64,000 nucleotides of DNA from Thalassobaculaceae bacterium (lineage in GTDB: Bacteria > Pseudomonadota > Alphaproteobacteria > Thalassobaculales > Thalassobaculaceae): positions 3,020,616-3,084,615 of the forward strand of contig OZ245843.1 of the NCBI GenBank assembly GCA_965228875.1. The letters run 5' to 3'. Positions 10,079 through 18,928 of this stretch are shown here, one piece after another. The notes beneath the pieces are model-generated. The model was not told the origin of the DNA, did no database searches, and worked only from the letters and a program-made list of their open reading frames with translations. Within the stretch, counting starts at the first letter, position 1. Each line of letters begins with the position of its first letter. The position numbers and the translations under genes are program-made.

Positions 10079-10116
10079 AAAGGCGCCGGGGAGCGATCCC
10101 CGGCGCCTTTTTCTTT
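10079..10116 (+). terminator. Intrinsic terminator after pntB, likely bidirectional with the amidase gene
   Basis: AAAGGCGCCGGGGA-GCGA-TCCCCGGCGCCTTT followed by T-run; A-run on the left side. Confidence 0.9.
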
Positions 10117-10158
10117 ACCCATCCGGGGCAGAGGTGTGTGTCGAAGCGCCCGGCACGC

Positions 10159-11583
10159 TCACCCGATCACCGGATCCTGGGTGTCCTCCACCCAGCGGGC
10201 GATGGCGCCGGTGCGCCAGTCCTCGTTGTGGCGGCCGACGATCTGGACGCCGACCGGCATGCCCTGAACCGACAGCATCGGCACGGTCACGCAGGGGCAG
10301 CCGATTGCCGAGGTCCAGGCGTTGTAGGCCGGCAGGCCGGTGGTGTGGACCAGCCCCGGTTCACCTTCCTGGGTCGCCGAGTCCACGAATTTCGGCGCCG
10401 GACCGGTCGACGATAGCGTGATCATCGCATCGGCATTGGCCGCCACCGCCCTGAACCGGGACCGCATCGACTCGCGCTTGGTCAGGGCCGCCCGGTAGTC
10501 GTCGATCGACATCTCCGACGCCATGGAGAGGCGCTGGCGCATGCTGTCGCTGAGCTTGGTGACGTCCTTCTCCGCCAGGTTCCGCAGGGTCCAGAGCATC
10601 TCCCAGCCGCAGATATCGCGGCAGAGCAGCAGGCTCTCGGCGATTTCCTTCTCGAAGGCATCGAGATCGCCATGGCCGGCGCGGCGGATGATCTCAACAC
10701 CGGAGGCCGCAATACGATCGATCAGGGTCTCGAAGGCTGCCATCGTGGCATCGTCGGTCTGGGTCCAGCCTTCGCTCTCCGCCACGATCAGCCGCTGCGG
10801 CTTGCTCGCGACCGGTGCCGTCTGCGGGCCGAACAGACCCGGACTGCCCGGATCGCCGCCGACGAAGTGGGAGATCGCGTGGGCGACTGCCCACATATCG
10901 GCGATCGAGCCGGCATGGACGCCGAGATGGCTGTGGCTCATGCCCTGGCGCTCGCCCCGGTGCAGGGCGCCCAGCGTCGGCTTCATCGCGGTATTGGCGC
11001 AGAACCCGGCGGGCCGGATGATCGAGCCGACCACCTGGCTTCCCAGCGCCGCCGGCACCATCCCCGCCCCGACCGCCGCCGCCGAGCCGGAGGAGGAACC
11101 GCCCGGCGTCCGTTCCGGGTCGAACGGGTTGGTGGTCGGCCCCGGATGGGAGAAACCGAGCTCGGTGGTCACGGTCTTGCCGAGCACCACGGCGCCCGCC
11201 AGCCGCAGGGCCTGGACGGGCGCGGAATCCTCGCCGGTCATGCGACCGGCATAGAGCGGCGAGCCCATCTGCGTGGGCATGTCCTTGGTCATGTAGAGGT
11301 CCTTGACCCCGACCGGCATGCCGTCGATCGGCGACAGCGGCTTGCCGGCCTTCCAGCGCTTTGTGGACGCGTCCGCCTGCTCCTTCGCCCCGCTCTCGTT
11401 CAGCGTGACCCAGGCCTTCACCGTTCCTTCCCGGGCGGAGATCACATCCAGGCATCGCTCCAGATAGGCACTCGGACTGTCGGACCCGTCGGCGAAGGCG
11501 GCCGTGCCCTCCACATAGGTCAGGGGCCGGAATTCCGCCGGGTCGTATTGCACCGCCGCATCCTGTGCCGATATGTCGTTCAT
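10159..11583 (-). CDS. Amidase signature family protein
   Basis: GMPVGVKD, LGKTVTTE, TPGGSSSGSAAAV, GSQVVGSIIRPAGFC. Confidence 0.92.
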   Translation of the reverse strand: MNDISAQDAAVQYDPAEFRPLTYVEGTAAFADGSDSPSAYLERCLDVISAREGTVKAWVTLNESGAKEQADASTKRWKAGKPLSPIDGMPVGVKDLYMTKDMPTQMGSPLYAGRMTGEDSAPVQALRLAGAVVLGKTVTTELGFSHPGPTTNPFDPERTPGGSSSGSAAAVGAGMVPAALGSQVVGSIIRPAGFCANTAMKPTLGALHRGERQGMSHSHLGVHAGSIADMWAVAHAISHFVGGDPGSPGLFGPQTAPVASKPQRLIVAESEGWTQTDDATMAAFETLIDRIAASGVEIIRRAGHGDLDAFEKEIAESLLLCRDICGWEMLWTLRNLAEKDVTKLSDSMRQRLSMASEMSIDDYRAALTKRESMRSRFRAVAANADAMITLSSTGPAPKFVDSATQEGEPGLVHTTGLPAYNAWTSAIGCPCVTVPMLSVQGMPVGVQIVGRHNEDWRTGAIARWVEDTQDPVIG

Positions 11584-11616
11584 CGCCGATCGTCCTTCGC
11601 TGTCCGGATTGCATGT

Positions 11617-11835
11617 ATGCCGTTGTCGACCACGCTGACCGTCCTCGCCGCCAGCCTGGCCTTGTCGGCCCTAGCGTGGCACATGCAGCGGCGGCCGCGC
11701 GAGACCCTGGATCCGCCGCTGCCGATCCCTTGGACATTCCTGCAGATGCTCTCGATCGTCGTGGCGCTGGCGGCCATAGCGCATCTGGTGTCGCTCGCCA
11801 CCGGTCAGCCGTTCAAGGGACGGTTCGGCGTCTAG
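11617..11835 (+). CDS. Small two-helix membrane protein
   Basis: 72 aa MPLSTTLTVLAASLAL...IPWTFLQMLSIVVALAAIAHLVSL; two hydrophobic segments. Confidence 0.65.
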   Translation: MPLSTTLTVLAASLALSALAWHMQRRPRETLDPPLPIPWTFLQMLSIVVALAAIAHLVSLATGQPFKGRFGV

Positions 11836-11948
11836 AGCGCGATCGGTTCATATCGAAGCGATCTGAACCGTGAATTGCCCTCTAACCCATTAAAGATAGA
11901 GCAAATTCACACGATCGGATGTTTCCATCTGATCGTGATCTGCTCTAG
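11832..11948 (+). repeat. Bipartite palindromic element, copy B (117 bp, perfect CTAGAGC/GCTCTAG ends)
   Basis: Terminal inverted repeats plus two internal hairpins; near-identical to 48117-48232. Confidence 0.95.
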
Positions 11949-12077
11949 TCGCCCGTCCCGCGCGCCCACCCGCGCGCCCAATGGCCGCACAGGCTTCCGT
12001 ATCCTCACAGCAGTGCTAGGATGAAGAAGTCGGTTTCCTGACGGTAGCAGCGCCGCAGTCGGCGCCGGGAAGGTTTC

Positions 12078-12806
12078 GTGGCCGAGCGCAAGGACGTGCA
12101 CAACTCCGACGTCCCGGTCGTCTGCCGGGCCTGCGAAGCGCGCCATCGCGGGATTTGCGGTGCCTTGTCTGAGGACGAGCTGCTACAGCTCAGCAAACAC
12201 ACCTCCAAGCGGACGGCGACGCGCAAGCAGGAGCTGATTCACGAGGAGGACGAGGTCCACACCTATTCCAACATCCTGTCCGGCGCGGTCAAGCTGACGA
12301 AGCTGATGCCGGACGGGCGACAGCAGATCGTCGGCCTGCAGTTCGCGCCCGATTTCCTCGGTCGTCCGTTCCTCGACGAAAGCAATGTCGGCGCCGAGGT
12401 CGCGGTCGACGTGCGGCTGTGCAGTTTTCCGAAGGACGTCATCGAGTCCATGCTCAAGGTCAATCCGGGGCTGGAAAACCGGCTGCTGCGTCAGGTCCTC
12501 CGCGAGCTGGACGAAGCCCGCCAATGGATGCTCGTGCTCGGCCGGATGACCGCGAAGGAAAAGGTCGCCAGCTTCCTCTCGCTGATCGCCGACCACATCG
12601 ACCCCGAGCACGAAGGCGCCAGCGTCGCCTTCGAGCTGCCGCTGGCCCGGGCCGAGATCGCCGACTATCTCGGCCTGACCATCGAGACGGTGAGCCGGCA
12701 GTTCACGGCGCTGCGCAAGGACGGCGTGATCCGGATCGAGGGAACCCGGCACATCGTCGTGCCGGATCTCGACGCCCTCAGGGACGCGACGGGTTCAACC
12801 GCCTGA
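12078..12806 (+). CDS. Crp/Fnr-family O2-sensing regulator (FnrN/FnrL type)
   Basis: N-terminal C-x2-C-x7-C cluster plus central Cys (RLCSF); HTH IADYLGLTIETVSRQ. Confidence 0.92.
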   Translation: MAERKDVHNSDVPVVCRACEARHRGICGALSEDELLQLSKHTSKRTATRKQELIHEEDEVHTYSNILSGAVKLTKLMPDGRQQIVGLQFAPDFLGRPFLDESNVGAEVAVDVRLCSFPKDVIESMLKVNPGLENRLLRQVLRELDEARQWMLVLGRMTAKEKVASFLSLIADHIDPEHEGASVAFELPLARAEIADYLGLTIETVSRQFTALRKDGVIRIEGTRHIVVPDLDALRDATGSTA

Positions 12807-13328
12807 CAGCAACCCGGCGATCGGCTTCACCAGCTGATCGTGTTCCCGCGCGATATGGCGGCGCAGGTTGTCGAACAGGCCCCGCATCATGTATCCGAGC
12901 GTCGCCGCGTCGTGGTGCCGTTCGCCCGCGGCCCACTCCAGCAGCACTTCGCCGACCTCGTCGGCGAAGGCCTCGTCGGTGCGGTGCTCCTCGGTCAGCG
13001 TGGCGATGCTCTCGCCGATCCCGGCGGCGACGAGGGCGGAGACGAGCAGCGGGAAGACGTCGCCCTCCTCCTGGGCATGGACGTCGCGCAGCATCGTGCC
13101 CAGCCGCCGGGCGAGCCGCAGATGGCTGCCGTTCGTCGGCAGTGCCGGCAGTCCGTCGGCCAGGTGCTCCAGTTCCTCGCAGGTGGCGAGAATGCGGGCG
13201 TGGTTGCGCTCGAACCGCTCCAACGCCTCCTCCAGACACGGCGCGCAGAAACTGCCGACCCGCCGGCCGGATTTGCCCGAACCGGCACCCTCAGGTGGCC
13301 TCGAATGCAGTCTCCTGTCTCCCGGCAT
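12795..13328 (-). CDS. Hemerythrin-like domain protein (start uncertain)
   Basis: NH..., H..EE..VFP, EEH..DE, RRHIAREH pattern; positioned between fnr and ccoN. Confidence 0.75.
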   Translation of the reverse strand: MPGDRRLHSRPPEGAGSGKSGRRVGSFCAPCLEEALERFERNHARILATCEELEHLADGLPALPTNGSHLRLARRLGTMLRDVHAQEEGDVFPLLVSALVAAGIGESIATLTEEHRTDEAFADEVGEVLLEWAAGERHHDAATLGYMMRGLFDNLRRHIAREHDQLVKPIAGLLSGG

Positions 13329-13407
13329 CGCCAAGATCCCGTTCACCGCGACCGCGCTGCGGCGGTCTTCTCCGTGACAGAGTTGCGCACCGCCCGTCCT
13401 ACCGTCG

Positions 13408-13421
13408 TTGATCGAGATCAA
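13408..13421. promoter_or_regulatory. FNR/FixK box (anaerobox)
   Basis: Perfect TTGAT-CGAG-ATCAA ending 65 bp upstream of the ccoN start. Confidence 0.93.
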
Positions 13422-13486
13422 GGACTATGTCTCCGCGATCAGACAGGGTTCCACCGTGACAGTCACACGCTGCGGGAATCCGGATC

Positions 13487-15076
13487 ATGTCTAAAGCGAT
13501 CGAACTTTCCCTCGCGTCCCTCGCCGCCCTGCTGGCCCTGTTCATGGCCGCCGGCGCCGAGGACGCGATCTACGAGTTCCATTCCTATCTCTTCCTGATC
13601 GTCGCCGTCCTGGCGGCCTTCTATCTGATCGGCCGCGACAGTGCGGCGGAAACCTCCGACGGCTACATGGACGGACCGATCCGCCTCGGCGTGCTCGCCA
13701 CGGTGTTCTGGGGCGTCGTCGGCTTCCTCGTCGGCGTCGTCGCGGCGGCCCAGCTCGCCTGGCCCGATCTCAACATCGAACCGTGGTTCAACTTCGGACG
13801 TGTCCGCCCGCTCCACACGTCGGCCGTCGTGTTCGCCTTCGGCGGCAACGCGCTGCTCTGCACCAGCCTCTACGTGGTCCAGAGGACATGCCGCGCCCGC
13901 CTGTTCGGCGGCGATCTCGCGTGGTTCGTGTTCTGGGGCTACCAGCTGTTCATCGTGCTCGCCGCGACCGGCTATCTCCTCGGCGGCAGCCAGTCGAAGG
14001 AATACGCCGAGCCCGAATGGTACATCGACCTGTGGCTGACCATCGTCTGGGTCGCCTATCTGGTGGTGTTCCTCGGCACGATCCTCAAGCGCAAGGAACC
14101 GCACATCTACGTCGCCAACTGGTTTTACCTGGCGTTCATCGTGACCATCGCGATGCTGCACGTGGTGAACGCGCTGGCGATCCCGGTGTCGCTGACCAAC
14201 TCGAAGAGCTACTCGGCCTTCTCCGGCGTGCAGGACGCGCTGACCCAGTGGTGGTACGGCCACAACGCGGTCGGCTTCTTCCTGACCGCCGGCTTCCTGG
14301 GCATGATGTACTACTTCATGCCGAAGCAGGCGGAACGGCCGGTGTACTCCTACCGCCTGTCCATCGTGCACTTCTGGTCGCTGATCTTCCTCTACATCTG
14401 GGCCGGCCCGCACCACCTGCACTACACAGCGCTTCCGGACTGGGCGCAGACCCTGGGCATGGTGTTCTCGATCATGCTGTGGATGCCGTCCTGGGGCGGG
14501 ATGATCAACGGCCTGATGACGCTCTCGGGCGCCTGGGACAAGATCCGCACCGACCCGATCATCCGGATGATGGTGCTGGCGATCGCGTTCTACGGCATGT
14601 CGACCTTCGAAGGTCCGATGATGTCGATCAAGAGCGTCAACGCACTCAGCCACTACACCGACTGGACGATCGGGCACGTGCACTCCGGCGCCCTCGGCTG
14701 GGTGGGGATGATCTCCTTCGCGGCCGTCTACTTCCTGGTCCCGAAACTCTACAACCGCGAGCGGCTGTACTCCCTGCGGATGGTGAACTGGCACTTCTGG
14801 CTCGCCACCCTCGGCATCGCCGTCTACACGGCCGTCATGTGGGTCTCGGGCATCATGCAGGGCCTGATGTGGCGCGAGTACGACGCCGAGGGCTTCCTGG
14901 TCTACTCGTTCGCCGAGACCGTCGACGCCATGCATCCGTTCTACGCCCTGCGCACCTTCGCCGGCCTGCTCTACCTGGCGGGCGGCCTGGTCATGGCGTT
15001 CAACGTGGCGATGACGGTCCGCGGCCGCCAACGCGATGAGCAACCGATCGCCGCCATCGCGACGCAGCCGGCCTGA
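13487..15076 (+). CDS. ccoN: cbb3-type cytochrome c oxidase subunit I
   Basis: [51 protein letters not shown]. Confidence 0.98.
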   Translation: MSKAIELSLASLAALLALFMAAGAEDAIYEFHSYLFLIVAVLAAFYLIGRDSAAETSDGYMDGPIRLGVLATVFWGVVGFLVGVVAAAQLAWPDLNIEPWFNFGRVRPLHTSAVVFAFGGNALLCTSLYVVQRTCRARLFGGDLAWFVFWGYQLFIVLAATGYLLGGSQSKEYAEPEWYIDLWLTIVWVAYLVVFLGTILKRKEPHIYVANWFYLAFIVTIAMLHVVNALAIPVSLTNSKSYSAFSGVQDALTQWWYGHNAVGFFLTAGFLGMMYYFMPKQAERPVYSYRLSIVHFWSLIFLYIWAGPHHLHYTALPDWAQTLGMVFSIMLWMPSWGGMINGLMTLSGAWDKIRTDPIIRMMVLAIAFYGMSTFEGPMMSIKSVNALSHYTDWTIGHVHSGALGWVGMISFAAVYFLVPKLYNRERLYSLRMVNWHFWLATLGIAVYTAVMWVSGIMQGLMWREYDAEGFLVYSFAETVDAMHPFYALRTFAGLLYLAGGLVMAFNVAMTVRGRQRDEQPIAAIATQPA

Positions 15077-15087
15077 CGGAGGAAAAG

Positions 15088-15819
15088 ATGTCGATCTTCG
15101 AAAGTCACAAGCGGATCGAGACCAACGCGACCCTGCTGCTGGTCCTGTCCTTCCTCGTGGTCACCATCGGCGGCATCGTCGAGATCGCGCCCCTGTTCTA
15201 CCTGCAGAACACCATCGAGAAAGTAGAGGGGATGCGTCCCTACTCGCCGCTCGAGCTCAAGGGACGCCAGATCTACCAGCGCGAGGGCTGCTACGTCTGC
15301 CACAGCCAGATGATCCGGCCGTTCCGCGACGAGGTGGAGCGCTACGGCCACTACTCGCTGGCGGCGGAGAGCATGTACGACCACCCGTTCCAGTGGGGCT
15401 CGAAGCGGACCGGACCGGACCTGGCCCGCATCGGCGACCGCTACTCGAACGAGTGGCATGTTCAGCACCTGATCGAGCCCCGCTCGGTCGTTCCGGAATC
15501 GGTCATGCCGTCCTACGAGTTCCTGGCCGAGACCGACCTCGACACCACCAACATCGCCGGCCACCTCCGGGCGAACCGCACCGTCGGCGTGCCCTACAGC
15601 GACGAGATGGTGGAGAGCGCCCTGGCCGACCTGCGCGACCAGGCCAACCCGGACGCCGACTGGGACGGGCTGCTGGCCCGCTACCCCAAGGCCAAGACCG
15701 GCGACTTCGACGGCAACCCGAACCGCCTGACGGAGATGGACGCCCTCGTCGCCTACCTGCAGATGCTCGGAACGCTGGTCGACTTCTCGACCTTCGATCC
15801 CGAAGCCAACGCCCGGTGA
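15088..15819 (+). CDS. ccoO: cbb3-type oxidase subunit II
   Basis: [26 protein letters not shown]. Confidence 0.97.
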   Translation: MSIFESHKRIETNATLLLVLSFLVVTIGGIVEIAPLFYLQNTIEKVEGMRPYSPLELKGRQIYQREGCYVCHSQMIRPFRDEVERYGHYSLAAESMYDHPFQWGSKRTGPDLARIGDRYSNEWHVQHLIEPRSVVPESVMPSYEFLAETDLDTTNIAGHLRANRTVGVPYSDEMVESALADLRDQANPDADWDGLLARYPKAKTGDFDGNPNRLTEMDALVAYLQMLGTLVDFSTFDPEANAR

Positions 15820-15830
15820 GGAGAGCGGCC

Positions 15831-15980
15831 ATGACCTATGACGAGTTCAGGCATGCCGCCGACAGCTGGGGCCTGCTCTACCTGGTGATCATCTTCGTTG
15901 CGGTGCTCGCCTACACGTTCCGTCCGGGCGGCCGGAAATCGGCCGACGACGCCGCCAACATTCCGCTTAAGGAGGACTGA
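15831..15980 (+). CDS. ccoQ: cbb3-type oxidase subunit IV
   Basis: MTYDEFRHAADSWGLLYLVIIF...AANIPLKED between ccoO and ccoP, GAGGAG RBS. Confidence 0.92.
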   Translation: MTYDEFRHAADSWGLLYLVIIFVAVLAYTFRPGGRKSADDAANIPLKED

Positions 15981-15982
15981 GC

Positions 15983-16852
15983 ATGGCCGAGAAGGAGATC
16001 GACAGCGTCACCAACGTCGAGACCACCGGTCACGAGTGGGATGGCATCAAGGAGTTGAACAACCCGCTGCCGCGCTGGTGGCTGTATGTCTTCTATGCCT
16101 GCATCGTGTTCTCCATCGGGTACTGCATCTACTACCCGGCCATCCCGCTCATCAGCGACGCGACGGAGGGTGTGGGCGGCTACTCGAGCCGGAGCGAGCT
16201 GCATGACGCGATGGCGGAGGTCGAGGCCGGCCGGACGGAGATGCTGCAGCAGATCCGCGACACCGACCTCGCCGACATTCAGCGGAACCCGGAACTGGCG
16301 CGCTTCGCGGCCGCGGCCGGCGAGTCGGCGTTCAAGGTTTACTGCTCGCAGTGCCATGGATCCGGTGCGCAGGGGGCTCCCGGCTACCCGAACCTGAACG
16401 ACGACGACTGGCTCTGGGGCGGCTCGGTTGAACAGATCGCCCATACCATCCGCCACGGCGTCCGCTACGAGGAGGACGACGACACCCGCTACTCCGAGAT
16501 GCCGGCGTTCGGCCGCGACGGGCTGCTGGGCCGCGCCGAGATCCTGGCGGCCGCCGACTACGTCCGGCGGCTGGCGGGTCTCGAGCACGATGCCGGCGCC
16601 CTGAAGGAGGGTGCCCGCGTCTATGCCGAGAACTGCGCCGCCTGCCACGGCGACGACGGCCTCGGCGACCGGGAGATCGGCGCGCCGAACCTGGCGGACG
16701 CCATCTGGTTCTACGGCGACAGCCGGGGCGAGATCGTCGCCCAGATCGGCAATCCCAAGCACGGCGTGATGCCGGCCTGGGGCGAGCGCCTGGGCGAGGC
16801 TGCGGTGAAGCAGCTCGCCGTCTATGTCCACGGCCTGGGTGGTGGAGAGTAA
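15983..16852 (+). CDS. ccoP: cbb3-type oxidase subunit III (dihaem)
   Basis: TTGHEWDGIKELNNPLPRWW; CSQCH and CAACH. Confidence 0.97.
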   Translation: MAEKEIDSVTNVETTGHEWDGIKELNNPLPRWWLYVFYACIVFSIGYCIYYPAIPLISDATEGVGGYSSRSELHDAMAEVEAGRTEMLQQIRDTDLADIQRNPELARFAAAAGESAFKVYCSQCHGSGAQGAPGYPNLNDDDWLWGGSVEQIAHTIRHGVRYEEDDDTRYSEMPAFGRDGLLGRAEILAAADYVRRLAGLEHDAGALKEGARVYAENCAACHGDDGLGDREIGAPNLADAIWFYGDSRGEIVAQIGNPKHGVMPAWGERLGEAAVKQLAVYVHGLGGGE

Positions 16853-16858
16853 CCGACC

Positions 16859-18433
16859 ATGAGCACGGTTGACCGCGACGACTCGGCTTCGGCGGGCTTC
16901 GATCAGTTCGACGTCGAGGCGGTCAACCGCCGCGACCAGCAGCAGCCGCTGTACGCGGCACGCAAGAAGATCCACCCGAAGCGGGCGGAAGGCACCTTCC
17001 GCCGCTTCAAGTGGCTGGTGATGCTGGTAACCCTGACGATCTACTACGTCACCCCGTGGCTGCGCTGGGACCGGGGCGAGTTCGCGCCGGACCAGGCGGT
17101 GCTGATCGATCTCTATCACCGCCGCTTCTACTTCTTCTGGATCGAGATCTGGCCGCAGGAATTCTACTACGTCGCCGGCCTGCTGCTGATGGCGGCGCTG
17201 GGGCTGTTCCTGGTCACCTCCTCGGTCGGCCGCGCCTGGTGCGGCTACACCTGCCCGCAGACCGTATGGGTCGACCTGTTCCTGGTCGTCGAGCGCTTCA
17301 TCGAGGGCGACCGCAACAAGCGCATCCGCCTGGACAAGGCGCCGATGAGCGCATCGAAGGTCGCCAAGCGGGTGTCCAAGCACGCGATCTGGCTGGTGAT
17401 CGCGGTGGCCACCGGCGGCGCCTGGATCTTCTACTTCGCCGACGCGCCGTCCCTGCTGATGGATGTCATCCGCGGCGACGCTCCGACGGTCGCCTACGGC
17501 ACGATCGCGGTCCTGACCTTCACCACCTACTCCCTCGGCGGGCTGATGCGGGAGCAGGTCTGCATCTACATGTGCCCCTGGCCGCGCATTCAGGCGGCGA
17601 TGCTGGACGAGCACTCGCTCACGGTGACCTATAACGCCTGGCGGGGAGAACCGCGCTCGCGCCACCAGAAGAAGCAGCAGGCGGCCGGCGCCACGGTCGG
17701 CGACTGCGTCGACTGCAACGCCTGCGTCGCGGTGTGCCCGATGGGCATCGACATCCGCGACGGCCAGCAGCTCGAGTGCATCACCTGCGCACTCTGCATC
17801 GACGCCTGCGACGGGGTGATGCAGAAGATCGGCAAGCCGACGGGGCTGATCTCGTATTCCACCCTATCGTCCTTCAATCACAACATGAAGCTCGCGCAGC
17901 TTGCCGACGGAACCATCGATCCGAGCCGGACGCACACGCCGGAGGGCGCCATCGCACCCGAGGTGCGGCACACCACGCTGCGCTCGATCATGCGGCCGCG
18001 GACCCTGATCTACTTCACGATCTGGTCTCTGATCGGGCTGACCATGCTGATCCTGGTCTCGACCCGCGACCGTCTGGAGCTGAACGTCCTGCACGACCGC
18101 AATCCAGTGTCGGTGACCCTGTCCGACGGCACCGTGCGGAACGGCTACACCGTGAAGATCTTGAACATGATGCCGGAACGCCGGACCGTCATGCTGACGA
18201 TCGAGGACTTTCCCCAGGGTGCCATGCTGATGCCCCTGGAGAAGGACGAGCCGCGCCAGGCGGTGTTCATCGATGTCGATCCGGACAGCCTGCACGCCCA
18301 GCGGATCTTCGTGATCGCCCCCCCTGAGACGCTGGACGATCAGCAGACCCCCTTCCGTTTCCTCGTCCGCGACAGCGCCGGATCGGAGCAGGCGGAGTAC
18401 GATGCGATCTTCGACAGCGGAGGTGGCCGATGA
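16859..18433 (+). CDS. ccoG: Cytochrome c oxidase accessory ferredoxin-like protein
   Basis: GRAWCGYTCPQTVW, CIYMCPWPR, CVDCNACVAVCP, CITCALCIDAC. Confidence 0.96.
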   Translation: MSTVDRDDSASAGFDQFDVEAVNRRDQQQPLYAARKKIHPKRAEGTFRRFKWLVMLVTLTIYYVTPWLRWDRGEFAPDQAVLIDLYHRRFYFFWIEIWPQEFYYVAGLLLMAALGLFLVTSSVGRAWCGYTCPQTVWVDLFLVVERFIEGDRNKRIRLDKAPMSASKVAKRVSKHAIWLVIAVATGGAWIFYFADAPSLLMDVIRGDAPTVAYGTIAVLTFTTYSLGGLMREQVCIYMCPWPRIQAAMLDEHSLTVTYNAWRGEPRSRHQKKQQAAGATVGDCVDCNACVAVCPMGIDIRDGQQLECITCALCIDACDGVMQKIGKPTGLISYSTLSSFNHNMKLAQLADGTIDPSRTHTPEGAIAPEVRHTTLRSIMRPRTLIYFTIWSLIGLTMLILVSTRDRLELNVLHDRNPVSVTLSDGTVRNGYTVKILNMMPERRTVMLTIEDFPQGAMLMPLEKDEPRQAVFIDVDPDSLHAQRIFVIAPPETLDDQQTPFRFLVRDSAGSEQAEYDAIFDSGGGR

Positions 18434-18927
18434 GCCCAACGAGCCAGACCGACGGAGCCTTCCGTCTGACCGGACGCCACGTGCTGTTCGGCCTTGTCGC
18501 CTTCTTCGGCCTGATCGTCGTGGTCAACGTGACCATGGCGACGTTCGCCAGCGGAACCTGGCCCGGGCTCGTGGTCGCGAACTCCTACGTCGAGAGCCAG
18601 CGCTTCAACGAGCGCCTCGACGCCGCCCGACGCCAGCAGGCCCTGGGCTACGACCTGGCGGTCGGGCAGGCCGAGGGCCGGCTGACCCTGGTCCTGCGCG
18701 ACCGGGCCGGACGCGGCGTGCGGATCCTGGGCGGCGTGGTGAAGATCGGTCGGCCCGTCACCCGGACCGAGGACCGCACGATCGACGTACCGGCGGCCGC
18801 CGACGGTTCGGTGTCGATCGCCGACGGGCTGGCTCCGGGACTGTGGATCGCCGACATCGCCCTGCTTCTGCCGGACGATCGGATCTGGCGTTCCGAGACA
18901 CGGATCTCCGTCGAGGGCGGACGCTGA
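18430..18927 (+). CDS. ccoH: FixH/CcoH assembly protein
   Basis: LTGRHVL..FFG.IVVVN..M...A..TWPGLVVANSYVESQ.FN; operon position. Confidence 0.92.
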   Translation: MSPTSQTDGAFRLTGRHVLFGLVAFFGLIVVVNVTMATFASGTWPGLVVANSYVESQRFNERLDAARRQQALGYDLAVGQAEGRLTLVLRDRAGRGVRILGGVVKIGRPVTRTEDRTIDVPAAADGSVSIADGLAPGLWIADIALLLPDDRIWRSETRISVEGGR

Positions 18928-18928
18928 T

